This document shows, one piece after another, positions 1 through 10,319 of a stretch of 64,000 nucleotides of DNA. Below the pieces are notes generated by a model. That model was not told the DNA's origin, searched no databases, and was given only the letters and a program-made list of their open reading frames with translations. Location: positions 224,001-288,000 of the forward strand of contig BK006943.2 of NCBI GenBank assembly GCA_000146045.2, given 5' to 3'. A program made the position numbers and the translations under genes. How positions within the stretch are numbered: position 1 is the first letter of the stretch; every line of letters starts with the position of its first letter. Source of the stretch: TPA_inf: Saccharomyces. Lineage: Eukaryota.

Positions 1-1054
1 ATTACCCCCAAAATTTCTTCTCTAAACGATGTGCTTGGCCTTTGTTTTGGTTTTTGATGTCGGTCGTTTGAGGCCCCTTGCGGAAAATCGAGATCGCCGA
101 ATGGCACGCGAGGGAAGGGAAATAAGGTTTAAAGGCACTGAAACAATAGGCAAGAAGTAGGCGAGAGCCGACATACGAGACTAATGTGTCCGCGTTTCTA
201 AGGCCACTTTTCAATGAAACGGATATTGATATGCTAGTAAAAGGACGAGCTCAAGAGCGAAAATATAAGTAAAGAATTCGAGTGCACTTGTCTCCATGCA
301 GCAAGATTTCATATGAGTCTTTTTTATCTTTTTACTTTTTACATTACACGATATGCACTTTATGAAAATTTAACGAGGTTGGAAGCCGGATAATCAACCA
401 AAATCAGGCACGAAGGCACACTCGTATATGCATGTTGTTGAAACTCTGTTACGCTGAACTAACAATCACACATGTAGAGGTCACCGGGAAAAGTTGCGAC
501 CCCATGGAAGGTCGATCTCTTCGTTTGGCTTTGCTTGGCTGGCGGCATTGCGCTTCTTCGCTTATACCCGTCTCTTGACGCTCGAGCTCGTTCATTGAGA
601 TACCTTTATTCTTGCACATTTTCTGGCTTTTTTCGCTACTCGGGTACATGTAATCATGCACACAGAAGGTGCTGTAGGGTGAAAGTTCCTTTGTGCTGTC
701 GTTTGTTTTTAATGCCAAACTTTCTGGTGATCAATAACCACCTCTTTTTCCTTCAGGAAACCTTATTATTGTTCTTGGATAGTACTAGGAAGTATATAAG
801 GAACCTCGATTTTGGTATTGCACGGCTATACACATCTAAGAAACTTTGTATAAAAGGTGGCTACCCTATTCATAGCTTGATATCAATAGGCCATCTCATC
901 ACTTTTTATTGAAAAGGAAAGGAGGGAAATATATCTGATTCAAATTACTTGTTTGCTTCTCTTTAAGACAAAAGCATAGATAATTTCAGCGTGGAACGCC
1001 GGAATAAGATTGGTACCCTCGTCAGAAAGTTACAAATACCGCTTCATCTTCAAA

Positions 1055-2737
1055 ATGACTTCACCGGAATCACTATCTTCTCGTCATATCAGGCAAGGAA
1101 GGACATACACAACCACAGACAAGGTCATATCGCGGTCGTCGTCGTACTCATCTAATAGTTCAATGTCTAAAGATTACGGCGATCACACACCCTTGTCCGT
1201 CAGCAGTGCAGCTTCAGAGACATTACCCTCACCTCAGTATATGCCGATAAGGACATTCAATACAATGCCTACAGCTGGCCCAACGCCTTTACATTTATTT
1301 CAAAATGACAGGGGCATTTTCAACCATCATTCTTCATCAGGCTCATCAAAAACGGCATCAACAAATAAAAGAGGAATAGCAGCAGCAGTAGCATTGGCAA
1401 CTGCTGCCACCATACCATTTCCACTGAAAAAACAGAATCAAGATGATAATTCCAAGGTCTCGGTAACACACAATGAATCATCGAAAGAAAATAAAATTAC
1501 ACCCTCCATGAGAGCAGAAGATAACAAACCTAAAAATGGTTGCATCTGCGGTTCAAGTGACTCCAAGGATGAGTTGTTTATACAGTGTAACAAATGTAAA
1601 ACGTGGCAGCACAAGTTATGTTATGCTTTCAAAAAATCAGATCCAATAAAAAGAGATTTTGTTTGCAAAAGATGTGACAGTGATACGAAAGTGCAGGTTA
1701 ATCAAGTAAAACCAATGATATTCCCTAGAAAAATGGGAGATGAGCGATTATTTCAATTTTCATCCATAGTGACAACTTCAGCATCGAACACAAATCAGCA
1801 TCAACAGTCTGTGAATAACATAGAGGAACAGCCCAAGAAACGTCAACTTCATTATACCGCCCCAACAACTGAAAATAGCAATAGTATACGGAAAAAATTG
1901 AGGCAAGAAAAACTGGTAGTATCAAGCCACTTTCTGAAGCCACTACTGAATGAGGTAAGTTCTTCCAATGACACGGAATTCAAAGCAATAACAATATCAG
2001 AGTATAAGGACAAATATGTTAAGATGTTTATTGATAACCATTATGATGACGATTGGGTTGTTTGTTCTAACTGGGAAAGCTCAAGGTCAGCTGACATCGA
2101 GGTAAGAAAATCATCAAATGAAAGAGATTTTGGAGTCTTCGCTGCAGATTCTTGTGTTAAAGGTGAGCTAATTCAAGAATATTTGGGCAAAATTGATTTT
2201 CAAAAAAATTATCAGACAGATCCAAATAATGACTATCGTTTGATGGGAACGACAAAACCTAAAGTACTTTTTCATCCACATTGGCCTTTATATATAGACT
2301 CTCGAGAAACAGGCGGATTAACAAGATACATAAGACGGAGTTGTGAGCCCAATGTGGAACTAGTAACGGTAAGACCGCTTGACGAAAAACCAAGAGGAGA
2401 TAATGATTGTAGAGTTAAATTTGTTTTAAGGGCTATAAGAGATATTCGTAAGGGAGAAGAGATAAGCGTAGAATGGCAATGGGATTTGAGAAATCCTATT
2501 TGGGAGATAATAAATGCATCTAAAGATTTGGATTCCCTACCGGATCCCGACAAGTTCTGGTTGATGGGGTCAATAAAGACTATTTTAACAAATTGTGATT
2601 GTGCATGTGGGTACTTGGGCCATAATTGTCCAATAACTAAAATCAAAAACTTTTCTGAAGAATTCATGAGGAATACGAAGGAATCCCTATCTAATAAATC
2701 TTACTTTAATACAATAATGCACAACTGTAAGCCATAA
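1055..2737 (+). CDS. SET4: PHD-finger plus SET-domain chromatin protein (SET3 paralogue), 560 aa
   Basis: ORF 1010..2737. PHD-type Cys pattern 'CICGSSDSKDELFIQCNKCKTWQHKLCYAF...CKRCD' and a C-terminal SET-like region. The 560-aa start at internal Met16 ('MTSPESLS') is inferred, and the position before PAM16 fits YJL105W. Confidence 0.8.
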   Translation: MTSPESLSSRHIRQGRTYTTTDKVISRSSSYSSNSSMSKDYGDHTPLSVSSAASETLPSPQYMPIRTFNTMPTAGPTPLHLFQNDRGIFNHHSSSGSSKTASTNKRGIAAAVALATAATIPFPLKKQNQDDNSKVSVTHNESSKENKITPSMRAEDNKPKNGCICGSSDSKDELFIQCNKCKTWQHKLCYAFKKSDPIKRDFVCKRCDSDTKVQVNQVKPMIFPRKMGDERLFQFSSIVTTSASNTNQHQQSVNNIEEQPKKRQLHYTAPTTENSNSIRKKLRQEKLVVSSHFLKPLLNEVSSSNDTEFKAITISEYKDKYVKMFIDNHYDDDWVVCSNWESSRSADIEVRKSSNERDFGVFAADSCVKGELIQEYLGKIDFQKNYQTDPNNDYRLMGTTKPKVLFHPHWPLYIDSRETGGLTRYIRRSCEPNVELVTVRPLDEKPRGDNDCRVKFVLRAIRDIRKGEEISVEWQWDLRNPIWEIINASKDLDSLPDPDKFWLMGSIKTILTNCDCACGYLGHNCPITKIKNFSEEFMRNTKESLSNKSYFNTIMHNCKP

Positions 2738-3326
2738 ACGAAATTTTAAAATTAATAGTATTCATTTTAATCTTTTTTGAAAGCTTAATTTTATCATCAT
2801 AATTTTTCTTCCAAAACTTCAATCTTGGTATTTTTTTTCGCATTGGTCTTCATTTTTTTTCTTTTGTTTTTAGCTTTAATGTTGAAAGCGTGAATATCAA
2901 AACACTTTTATAATAAATCACCACTTTGTAACTATAGAGAACAATTCATGCTTTATTTATAGATGCCACGATTAAGCATCAATCATTAGTTGAGAGGATC
3001 CTTAACGTTAAAATCCACCGCACTTTTCCTTTCAAAAAGCTGCATTGTTTCCATAATTCATTTCATGGCAGGTTAATGACTTATTTGATATGAAGAGTGA
3101 GGTTCTTATCAAATGAAATTCCTACATATGAATTTTTTAAAAGAGAGTTTTTCGTTTTACGATATTTATTTACTTCATCATCGTTTATCATTTTTCACGT
3201 AGCAAATTTTGAAGCTTCAACTTATAACTCATTTGCATCCGATTCACATATTTCAGCTGACTATAAATTTGGCAACAGCTTCGTGACTTGAGCATAAGAA
3301 AAACATAGACTTGTTGGATATAAAAT

Positions 3327-3776
3327 ATGGCTCACAGGGCTTTCATACAGGTTATAATCACAGGAACTCAAGTTTTTGGAAAAGCATTCGCCGAGGCGTA
3401 TAGACAAGCGGCTTCACAATCAGTGAAACAAGGTGCTACAAATGCATCTAGAAGGGGAACAGGAAAAGGCGAATATGGTGGTATTACGTTGGATGAGAGT
3501 TGTAAAATTTTAAATATTGAAGAATCCAAGGGCGATTTAAACATGGACAAGATTAATAACAGGTTTAACTATCTATTTGAGGTTAACGATAAAGAAAAAG
3601 GTGGAAGCTTCTACTTACAGAGCAAAGTTTATCGAGCAGCAGAAAGGTTAAAATGGGAACTGGCTCAGAGAGAAAAAAATGCGAAGGCGAAAGCAGGGGA
3701 CGCTTCAACAGCGAAACCTCCTCCGAATTCAACAAATTCATCTGGTGCAGATAATAGTGCAAGCAGCAATCAGTAG
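3327..3776 (+). CDS. PAM16: Mitochondrial import motor subunit Pam16/Tim16 (J-like domain), 149 aa
   Basis: The translation 'MAHRAFIQVIITGTQVFGKAFAEAYRQAA...' is the recognisable Pam16 N-terminus. Length 149 aa, with a degenerate J-domain. Confidence 0.9.
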   Translation: MAHRAFIQVIITGTQVFGKAFAEAYRQAASQSVKQGATNASRRGTGKGEYGGITLDESCKILNIEESKGDLNMDKINNRFNYLFEVNDKEKGGSFYLQSKVYRAAERLKWELAQREKNAKAKAGDASTAKPPPNSTNSSGADNSASSNQ

Positions 3777-5024
3777 TCAAGGAAGCCTCCATCATTACGT
3801 CACAAGTGTTATCGAAAGCATGCAGCAGTGCATATATTTTCCTAGTTGGTTGCTTCCTGTACGTTAGGAATCTTCAACCACCATCCTTGTATTTAGTTAA
3901 TATTAGTATATGTACCAAAGTAAATATACTCAGATGCCATCTCGATATACGCACCGTACACGAAAATGAAATTAAAAAAAAAATGTTGGAGCACAAGCAA
4001 GGCAGCATCAGAACGTACCGTCAGTTGGTACCAAGACAAGTCCATCCCCGTAGGCACTACAAATTATGGGAATGAGAAAGTATACAAAATATAAACTGTC
4101 TTATCATGAAGAAGAGTCGCTTAGGAATTTAAACTTTCAAATCGCATTACGCAATTCTCTAAAAACGCGAACCTTTCCCTGATATGTAATCAGGGAATTT
4201 CCTCAGAATAATATTCGATCTAAGAAACCGGAAACGAAATGAAAATTGTTACTACTTTGTTTAGGAGTAGTCAAAGTTCATTCAGCTATGGGTTATGATG
4301 AAATGATTTAAATTATTCTCGCTCCAGTATTAACTTATTACGTAATATGAGCTTAAAAGAGCAAGCTCCTCATCACTCACACTCCATAACATGAAGAACG
4401 AAAATAACCTAATCTTTAGGTTTCTATGGTATAATGAAATTAATATTATCTAAAGATAGTATTAACCACTACTGATGTTAGCCTTTTGAAAAAAAATCAA
4501 AAGAAAAATTTGAATTTTAAAGAAGAAGTAACAAAGGGAAGAAGTTTTTGCCAATCGGACAACACTAGCTCTATTTATACTTTTCTGTTGCTCCAAAAAC
4601 AGGAAAGAACAAATTTTTCAATTTAGTGTGACCCGGCTAATAATAAAGAGGGAAGTAATAGGTAGGGTTTTACTGGCAAGAAATCCATATTGTTGCTCCC
4701 GAATAATATTATAAATTCTTGTAATTAATACAAAGTTTCTAGATCCACCTTGTTTAAAAATATAAAGTTATGCTTAAAATTCTTCAGGGAAGAAGGTTTT
4801 CAATGGATGATTTTACATTTTTGACGAATTCCTGAGAAACTAAATTACAATGTAAAACTGTACATAAATATAAATATTATTGTTGATACGGAAAGTAAAA
4901 TAAAAAAAAGAAACGCTAAAGAATACTGAATTGCCAACCTAAGTAAAAAATAAGCGATAAAATCAAAGAAACGGACAGAATGCATATAAAAACTGTAATC
5001 AGTAATAAGCCCAAAAAATAGTGA

Positions 5025-6881
5025 TCAGTCCATTTCAAAAATTGGTAAAAATTGTCCCATTACGAGAATTGGGATATTAAACGAGTCCCTTTTTACTGTC
5101 CAACAACAGGCACACTTCAAATAAAGACCGTTACTTAATAATAAATTGCACTTAGTAAAGATTGCTTTTCCATCCGTAGTAAAAGAAAACCCTTCTGTAA
5201 TTTTTGACGAGGTAGAAGAACATGCGTTCAACATCAATAGTTTTTTCCTTTTATTGATATCATTGTAACCAAATGCCAGCAATTCGTTAAATATTTGAAA
5301 GTAATTCGAAACGCTTTTATGATCCAGATATTCAAAAATAAAGGAGGTGCGGTCTAATAGTAAATTTTTGTTAAAACCTGTTAAAGAATAGAATTCGTTA
5401 CTGACAAAACAAATCTCGCCTGATCTTCTCCAGATGCACATCGGTGTGCAGCTTACTAATTTTGCCATGTTCTCCAAATCTAATAAAGCCCTTTGCAAGG
5501 TAACTTCCTGTAATAGCAAATCCTCTTCAATCATATTGGATGTTAACGAAATGAAAATTGGAGCATATCTTTCTAGTATAGAGCGTATTATAACTTCTAA
5601 ATCATATCTCAAATTATGCTTTTGGGTACTGTGTTCGTCTTTTACTGAGGCAGATTTATCAATTTCAGCTCCTTCAAGAAATTTTTTTCTTAAAGTAGTT
5701 AGCAGTTTGGTGTATGCGAGCTTGTAATTATGCGGTTTTATTAAACATTTATTGTCATATAGGTCTTGAGGAGTCTTTACTAATTCACGAAACTTTGAAG
5801 GTGATATGAAATCGGTATCATGTTTCTCCAGATCTGCATCGGAGTGACTAGAACTGTCACATTCGCTTTCCAGTTTGGCGTTATGTGATGGGTGTGTATT
5901 AGCGTTTGCTCCACGATTCAAATGCAGCATGTCTAAAGATATAAAGGGCCTAGACACTACTTCATCATATGTATTGAAAGTAGAAGTGGAATGGCCGATC
6001 GAGGAGTCCTTTTGGTCATTCACGCTTTTTGTCGAGTTTAAAAGGTTCGTTAAATGCAATGACGAATTTCCCCGTGTAGATGCGCTAGGATTGGGATATT
6101 CTGATTCTTGGAGGGAAAATATCTGGGAGTTATTCGGTAAAAACGGCGTTGAAATATCTACTATATCCTTTAATTTCATGTATTCGTCATTGCACCACAT
6201 ACTATCAAAGTGAATATTAGTTTCGTCATCGACATCATCGTCACTCTTATTACTATCGTCCATTCCAGAGTGCACAGGAACGTTTGAAGTAGCAACCAAA
6301 CAATTGGTAGCCAGCGGCTGCTGCATTGCTTTATGTTGCTCTAGGAAATGCGACTTTAAATTGAGAGTACTCTTCCGTACGGTGGGTATGATGGGGTCAT
6401 TCATTAAATGTACTGCTTGTGAAGCTGATATATTATTAGAAGTATTTTCTAAGACGGTCTGGCGGTTATTCGTATTGAAGTTCGTAATACGTGGAATAGA
6501 TCCAGCGCTTTGAAAGTTATCATTTATATTATACGTATATTGGATATTCGTATTGTGGGCAGGTGTTTTGCCTGGTTTTTCCTGATCTGAAGATAGAAAA
6601 TCTCGCTGCAGATGTACGCTTGAGGGGGATACCGTCTTCGACGGCACATCATGTATTACCAGCCTCTTCCCCAAATTCAAGTATGGTTGTGTTCCATGCT
6701 TCTCAATTCGTTTTCTTGATTTCCTTTTCTTATCTCTGCAAAACTTCCCAATATTTCTTTTTAAACAGTTTTGACATGGCCTCCCTACGTCACACTGTAT
6801 ATGTTTGGTATGACAGAATTCACAAGCTGTCTGGATAGACTTTCTCGTCTGTTTCAACTCTGAAGGTAGTTTTTTGGTCAT
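5025..6881 (-). CDS. GSM1: Zn2Cys6 binuclear-cluster transcription factor (glucose starvation modulator), 618 aa
   Basis: Zn2Cys6 motif 'CEFCHTKHIQCDVGRPCQNCLKRNIGKFC' near the N-terminus. 618 aa, and the position fits YJL103C. Confidence 0.85.
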   Translation of the reverse strand: MTKKLPSELKQTRKSIQTACEFCHTKHIQCDVGRPCQNCLKRNIGKFCRDKKRKSRKRIEKHGTQPYLNLGKRLVIHDVPSKTVSPSSVHLQRDFLSSDQEKPGKTPAHNTNIQYTYNINDNFQSAGSIPRITNFNTNNRQTVLENTSNNISASQAVHLMNDPIIPTVRKSTLNLKSHFLEQHKAMQQPLATNCLVATSNVPVHSGMDDSNKSDDDVDDETNIHFDSMWCNDEYMKLKDIVDISTPFLPNNSQIFSLQESEYPNPSASTRGNSSLHLTNLLNSTKSVNDQKDSSIGHSTSTFNTYDEVVSRPFISLDMLHLNRGANANTHPSHNAKLESECDSSSHSDADLEKHDTDFISPSKFRELVKTPQDLYDNKCLIKPHNYKLAYTKLLTTLRKKFLEGAEIDKSASVKDEHSTQKHNLRYDLEVIIRSILERYAPIFISLTSNMIEEDLLLQEVTLQRALLDLENMAKLVSCTPMCIWRRSGEICFVSNEFYSLTGFNKNLLLDRTSFIFEYLDHKSVSNYFQIFNELLAFGYNDINKRKKLLMLNACSSTSSKITEGFSFTTDGKAIFTKCNLLLSNGLYLKCACCWTVKRDSFNIPILVMGQFLPIFEMD

Positions 6882-7152
6882 ATGTATATATATTCTTGTA
6901 TGCTGTATCCAAATATATTATTTCTTTACTCCCTTTATTGCTAAGCTGTAATACGTTAAATCATTCGAAATATGATCTATTCATGCAAAAACTTGATGTG
7001 TGTAACAAAGAAAATATCCGGTTCAGAGATCCGAACAAATGATAGTCGTACCCTTCCCCTTAGTGTTAACTCGTTTAAGCAGGCTATGATGATTAGTAAA
7101 TCGTTTCAGCCTCTTCTCATTTCGACAATTTTTGAGGCCTTCCCTTAGTGAG

Positions 7153-7170
7153 AGGGGAGATAACCAATCA
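7153..7170. promoter_or_regulatory. STRE (AGGGG) adjacent to a HAP-complex CCAAT box (CCAATCA) in the GSM1/MEF2 divergent promoter
   Basis: AGGGG at 7153-7157 and CCAATCA at 7164-7170. A second CCCCT lies at 7056-7060. Confidence 0.4.
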
Positions 7171-7300
7171 GCACAGAGAACGACGACGGCGCGGAGGCTG
7201 GGCGGTTAAAAGAAGATAATGTGAAATAGATCAACAAGCTTTCTGGTGGCAAAACGGCAGTCAGAGATATACAAAAGGGGCAAGATAAGTGAGGGAGGCT

Positions 7301-9760
7301 ATGTGGAAATGGAATGTGCGCAGATGGGCGGGCGCAAGAGTAAACATTAGCAAGAACCGATTAAGTGTAATTAACGTTGGAAGTAGATACTTATCGACCG
7401 CAAGAAGTCCACTGTCTAAGGTTAGAAATATAGGAATTATAGCCCATATCGATGCAGGTAAAACTACCACAACAGAGAGGATGCTTTATTATGCAGGAAT
7501 CTCAAAGCATATTGGAGACGTCGACACTGGCGATACGATAACTGATTTTTTAGAGCAGGAGAGATCCCGAGGTATCACAATTCAAAGCGCTGCGATTTCA
7601 TTCCCATGGCGAAATACTTTTGCAATAAATCTTATTGATACGCCGGGACATATAGATTTTACTTTTGAAGTGATTAGGGCTTTGAAAGTTATTGATTCAT
7701 GCGTGGTCATTTTGGACGCTGTTGCCGGCGTAGAGGCACAGACAGAGAAGGTTTGGAAGCAAAGTAAATCGAAGCCCAAAATCTGCTTTATCAACAAAAT
7801 GGATCGTATGGGGGCGAGTTTCAACCATACAGTCAATGACTTGATAAATAAATTTATGAGAGGAACAACTACCAAACCGGTGTTGGTAAACATTCCTTAC
7901 TATCGAAAACAACCGACTAGCAATGATTATGTTTTCCAAGGTGTTATTGACGTCGTAAATGGGAAGCGATTAACCTGGAATCCAGAAAATCCTGATGAAA
8001 TTATCGTGGATGAGTTGGATGGTACTTCTCTTGAGCAGTGTAATCGTTGTAGGGAATCGATGATAGAGACTTTGACTGAATACGACGAAGATTTAGTCCA
8101 GCACTTCTTAGAGGAGGCAGAAGGCGATTACTCCAAGGTTTCCGCACAGTTTTTGAACGCTTCAATAAGAAAACTGACTATGAAGAATATGATTGTACCT
8201 GTCTTATGCGGTGCGTCTTTTAAAAATATTGGCGTGCAGCCTCTATTAGATGCTATAGTTAATTATCTCCCTTCGCCCATTGAAGCCGAACTACCAGAAC
8301 TAAATGATAAAACCGTTCCAATGAAATATGACCCCAAAGTTGGATGTTTAGTAAACAACAACAAAAATCTTTGCATTGCTCTTGCATTCAAAGTGATTAC
8401 GGATCCAATCAGGGGTAAACAAATATTCATTAGAATTTATTCAGGTACACTAAACAGTGGCAATACCGTTTATAATTCTACTACTGGGGAAAAATTTAAA
8501 TTGGGTAAATTACTGATACCCCATGCGGGAACATCACAACCTGTAAATATTTTAACTGCGGGCCAAATCGGATTGCTTACTGGCTCTACAGTCGAAAACA
8601 ACATATCTACTGGAGATACACTAATAACGCATTCGTCGAAGAAGGATGGGTTGAAATCACTTGATAAAAAAAAGGAGTTGACGTTAAAAATCAATTCTAT
8701 CTTCATTCCCCCACCAGTTTTTGGTGTTTCCATCGAACCAAGGACTTTAAGTAATAAAAAATCGATGGAAGAAGCTTTAAACACTTTAATTACTGAAGAT
8801 CCCAGTCTTTCAATTTCTCAAAATGATGAGACTGGCCAAACGGTTTTAAACGGTATGGGTGAATTACACCTTGAAATTGCCAAGGATCGATTGGTTAATG
8901 ACCTAAAAGCAGATGTTGAATTTGGTCAGTTGATGGTGTCCTACAAAGAAACAATTAATTCAGAAACAAATATAGAAACGTATGAGAGTGATGATGGATA
9001 TAGATTCTCCTTATCTCTGCTACCAAATTCCGATGCCCTTCCTAACTGCCTTGCATATCCATTAGGAGTCAACGAGAATTTTCTGATAATGGAAAAAAAT
9101 GGTAATTGGGATAAAGAATGGAAATACCAAGTTTCTTTCGAATCAATTCTAAATTCTATTATTGCAAGTTGCATTGTGGGACTTCAAAGAGGCGGAAAAA
9201 TAGCTAACTTTCCCTTATATGCATGCTCCATCAAAATCAATAGCGATTGGTCAGTCCCACCTGATATTGAAACTCCACAAGAAATCTTAAAAATTACTAG
9301 AAACTTAATTTTTAAAGCTCTCAATGACTTAAAACCTGAAAAATACAACCTTCTGGAACCCATCATGAATCTTGATCTAACAATCCCTCAATCTGATGTT
9401 GGTACGGTGTTACAAGATCTAACAGGAGCAAGAAAGGCTCAAATTCTGTCTATTGAAGACGAATCAAGCGTGTCAAATTCTGGCGCATCCACTTGTAATT
9501 CTCCAGAGAACAGCAATAGGATATATATTCCCTCTGATGCTGTTACAACCCTACACGCAACCAAAGATAAAAAAAACACTCAAGAGACCAGTTCTAATGT
9601 AAAAAAAATTATAAAAGCGAAAGTGCCACTAAGGGAAATTACCACCTACACCAATAAGCTAAGGAGCTTATCGCAAGGGAGGGGTGAGTTCAATATTGAA
9701 TATTCCGATATGGAGAAAGTTACCAACGATCGCCTACAATCAATACTTCACGACTTGTAG
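7301..9760 (+). CDS. MEF2: Mitochondrial translation elongation factor G-like GTPase (EF-G2 / ribosome recycling), 819 aa
   Basis: GTPase G1 '[12 protein letters not shown]', G3 'DTPGH' and G4 'NKMD', followed by EF-G domains II to V. The ORF track starts at 7289; the 819-aa product begins at Met5. Confidence 0.88.
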   Translation: MWKWNVRRWAGARVNISKNRLSVINVGSRYLSTARSPLSKVRNIGIIAHIDAGKTTTTERMLYYAGISKHIGDVDTGDTITDFLEQERSRGITIQSAAISFPWRNTFAINLIDTPGHIDFTFEVIRALKVIDSCVVILDAVAGVEAQTEKVWKQSKSKPKICFINKMDRMGASFNHTVNDLINKFMRGTTTKPVLVNIPYYRKQPTSNDYVFQGVIDVVNGKRLTWNPENPDEIIVDELDGTSLEQCNRCRESMIETLTEYDEDLVQHFLEEAEGDYSKVSAQFLNASIRKLTMKNMIVPVLCGASFKNIGVQPLLDAIVNYLPSPIEAELPELNDKTVPMKYDPKVGCLVNNNKNLCIALAFKVITDPIRGKQIFIRIYSGTLNSGNTVYNSTTGEKFKLGKLLIPHAGTSQPVNILTAGQIGLLTGSTVENNISTGDTLITHSSKKDGLKSLDKKKELTLKINSIFIPPPVFGVSIEPRTLSNKKSMEEALNTLITEDPSLSISQNDETGQTVLNGMGELHLEIAKDRLVNDLKADVEFGQLMVSYKETINSETNIETYESDDGYRFSLSLLPNSDALPNCLAYPLGVNENFLIMEKNGNWDKEWKYQVSFESILNSIIASCIVGLQRGGKIANFPLYACSIKINSDWSVPPDIETPQEILKITRNLIFKALNDLKPEKYNLLEPIMNLDLTIPQSDVGTVLQDLTGARKAQILSIEDESSVSNSGASTCNSPENSNRIYIPSDAVTTLHATKDKKNTQETSSNVKKIIKAKVPLREITTYTNKLRSLSQGRGEFNIEYSDMEKVTNDRLQSILHDL

Positions 9761-9938
9761 CAAAAATGTCCTTAATAAACGCCTTGTTATATCTTTATCA
9801 AAATGGTTTTTACAACTATCGAATAGTGTGAACCGATAACTGTGTAGTTGTATATTAATAGAACTTTACTTTTGCGCAGGAACAAACATTTTATTGCGAC
9901 ATAGGCATACCTTGCCCTCAGAGATCTTTATATTCTTG

Positions 9939-10011
9939 TTCCTCGTGGCCCAATGGTCACGGCGTCTGGCTACGAACCAGGAGATTCCAGGTTCGAGTCC
10001 TGGCGGGGAAG
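9939..10011 (+). tRNA. tR(ACG)J: tRNA-Arg, anticodon ACG, no intron
   Basis: 73-nt cloverleaf 'TTCCTCGTGGCCCAATGGTCACGGCGTCTGGCTACGAACCAGGAGATTCCAGGTTCGAGTCCTGGCGGGGAAG'. The acceptor stem TTCCTCG pairs with CGGGGAA. Anticodon ACG at 9972-9974, B-box GGTTCGAGTCC, and an oligo-T Pol III terminator just downstream. Confidence 0.93.
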
Positions 10012-10018
10012 AATATTC

Positions 10019-10023
10019 TTTTT
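10019..10023 (+). terminator. RNA polymerase III oligo(dT) terminator for the tRNA-Arg gene
   Basis: TTTTT run starting 8 nt after the tRNA 3' end. Confidence 0.7.
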
Positions 10024-10319
10024 GTCACTAACACAACCATTCTATAAATTGAAGAGAAAAATTAAATGGCCAATATTCTACGTGCTTGTTATTAGAAACT
10101 CGCAACAATTGTTCTGCAAGGCCCCTCATTTTTTTTTGCTATATAAAATAATAAATGGTCACGTTGGCATAAGTTTGTGTAGAAATGCTTAAGATCACTT
10201 GCAAAAATATAAACTGAATAATAAAAAAAAGAGGTATAATACTGGTCGTTGCTTTTTCAATCACCGTGTCACCCAAATCGATAATGTCAACTTTCTTTCA
10301 CAACCGAAGTAAAAGGAGT

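Noticed and set aside
1-214. 70-aa ORF on the minus strand at the window start; possible 3' end of the upstream gene
   Set aside because: The translation has no recognisable domain, and the upstream neighbour (IME2, + strand) would end before the window. This region is intergenic.
535-912. 125-aa ORF (+) in the intergenic region upstream of SET4, with a GC-rich patch (480-700) containing a GGCGGC core
   Set aside because: The translation is Cys/Arg/Phe-rich nonsense with no domain. The GC-rich patch is more plausibly regulatory; GGCGGC weakly resembles the Ume6 URS1 core but is not the TCGGCGGCT consensus. There is not enough evidence to call a gene.
9953-10192. 79-aa ORF overlapping the tRNA-Arg gene
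   Set aside because: It is translated straight through the tRNA, where the tRNA call is far better supported, and is an artefact of ORF calling.
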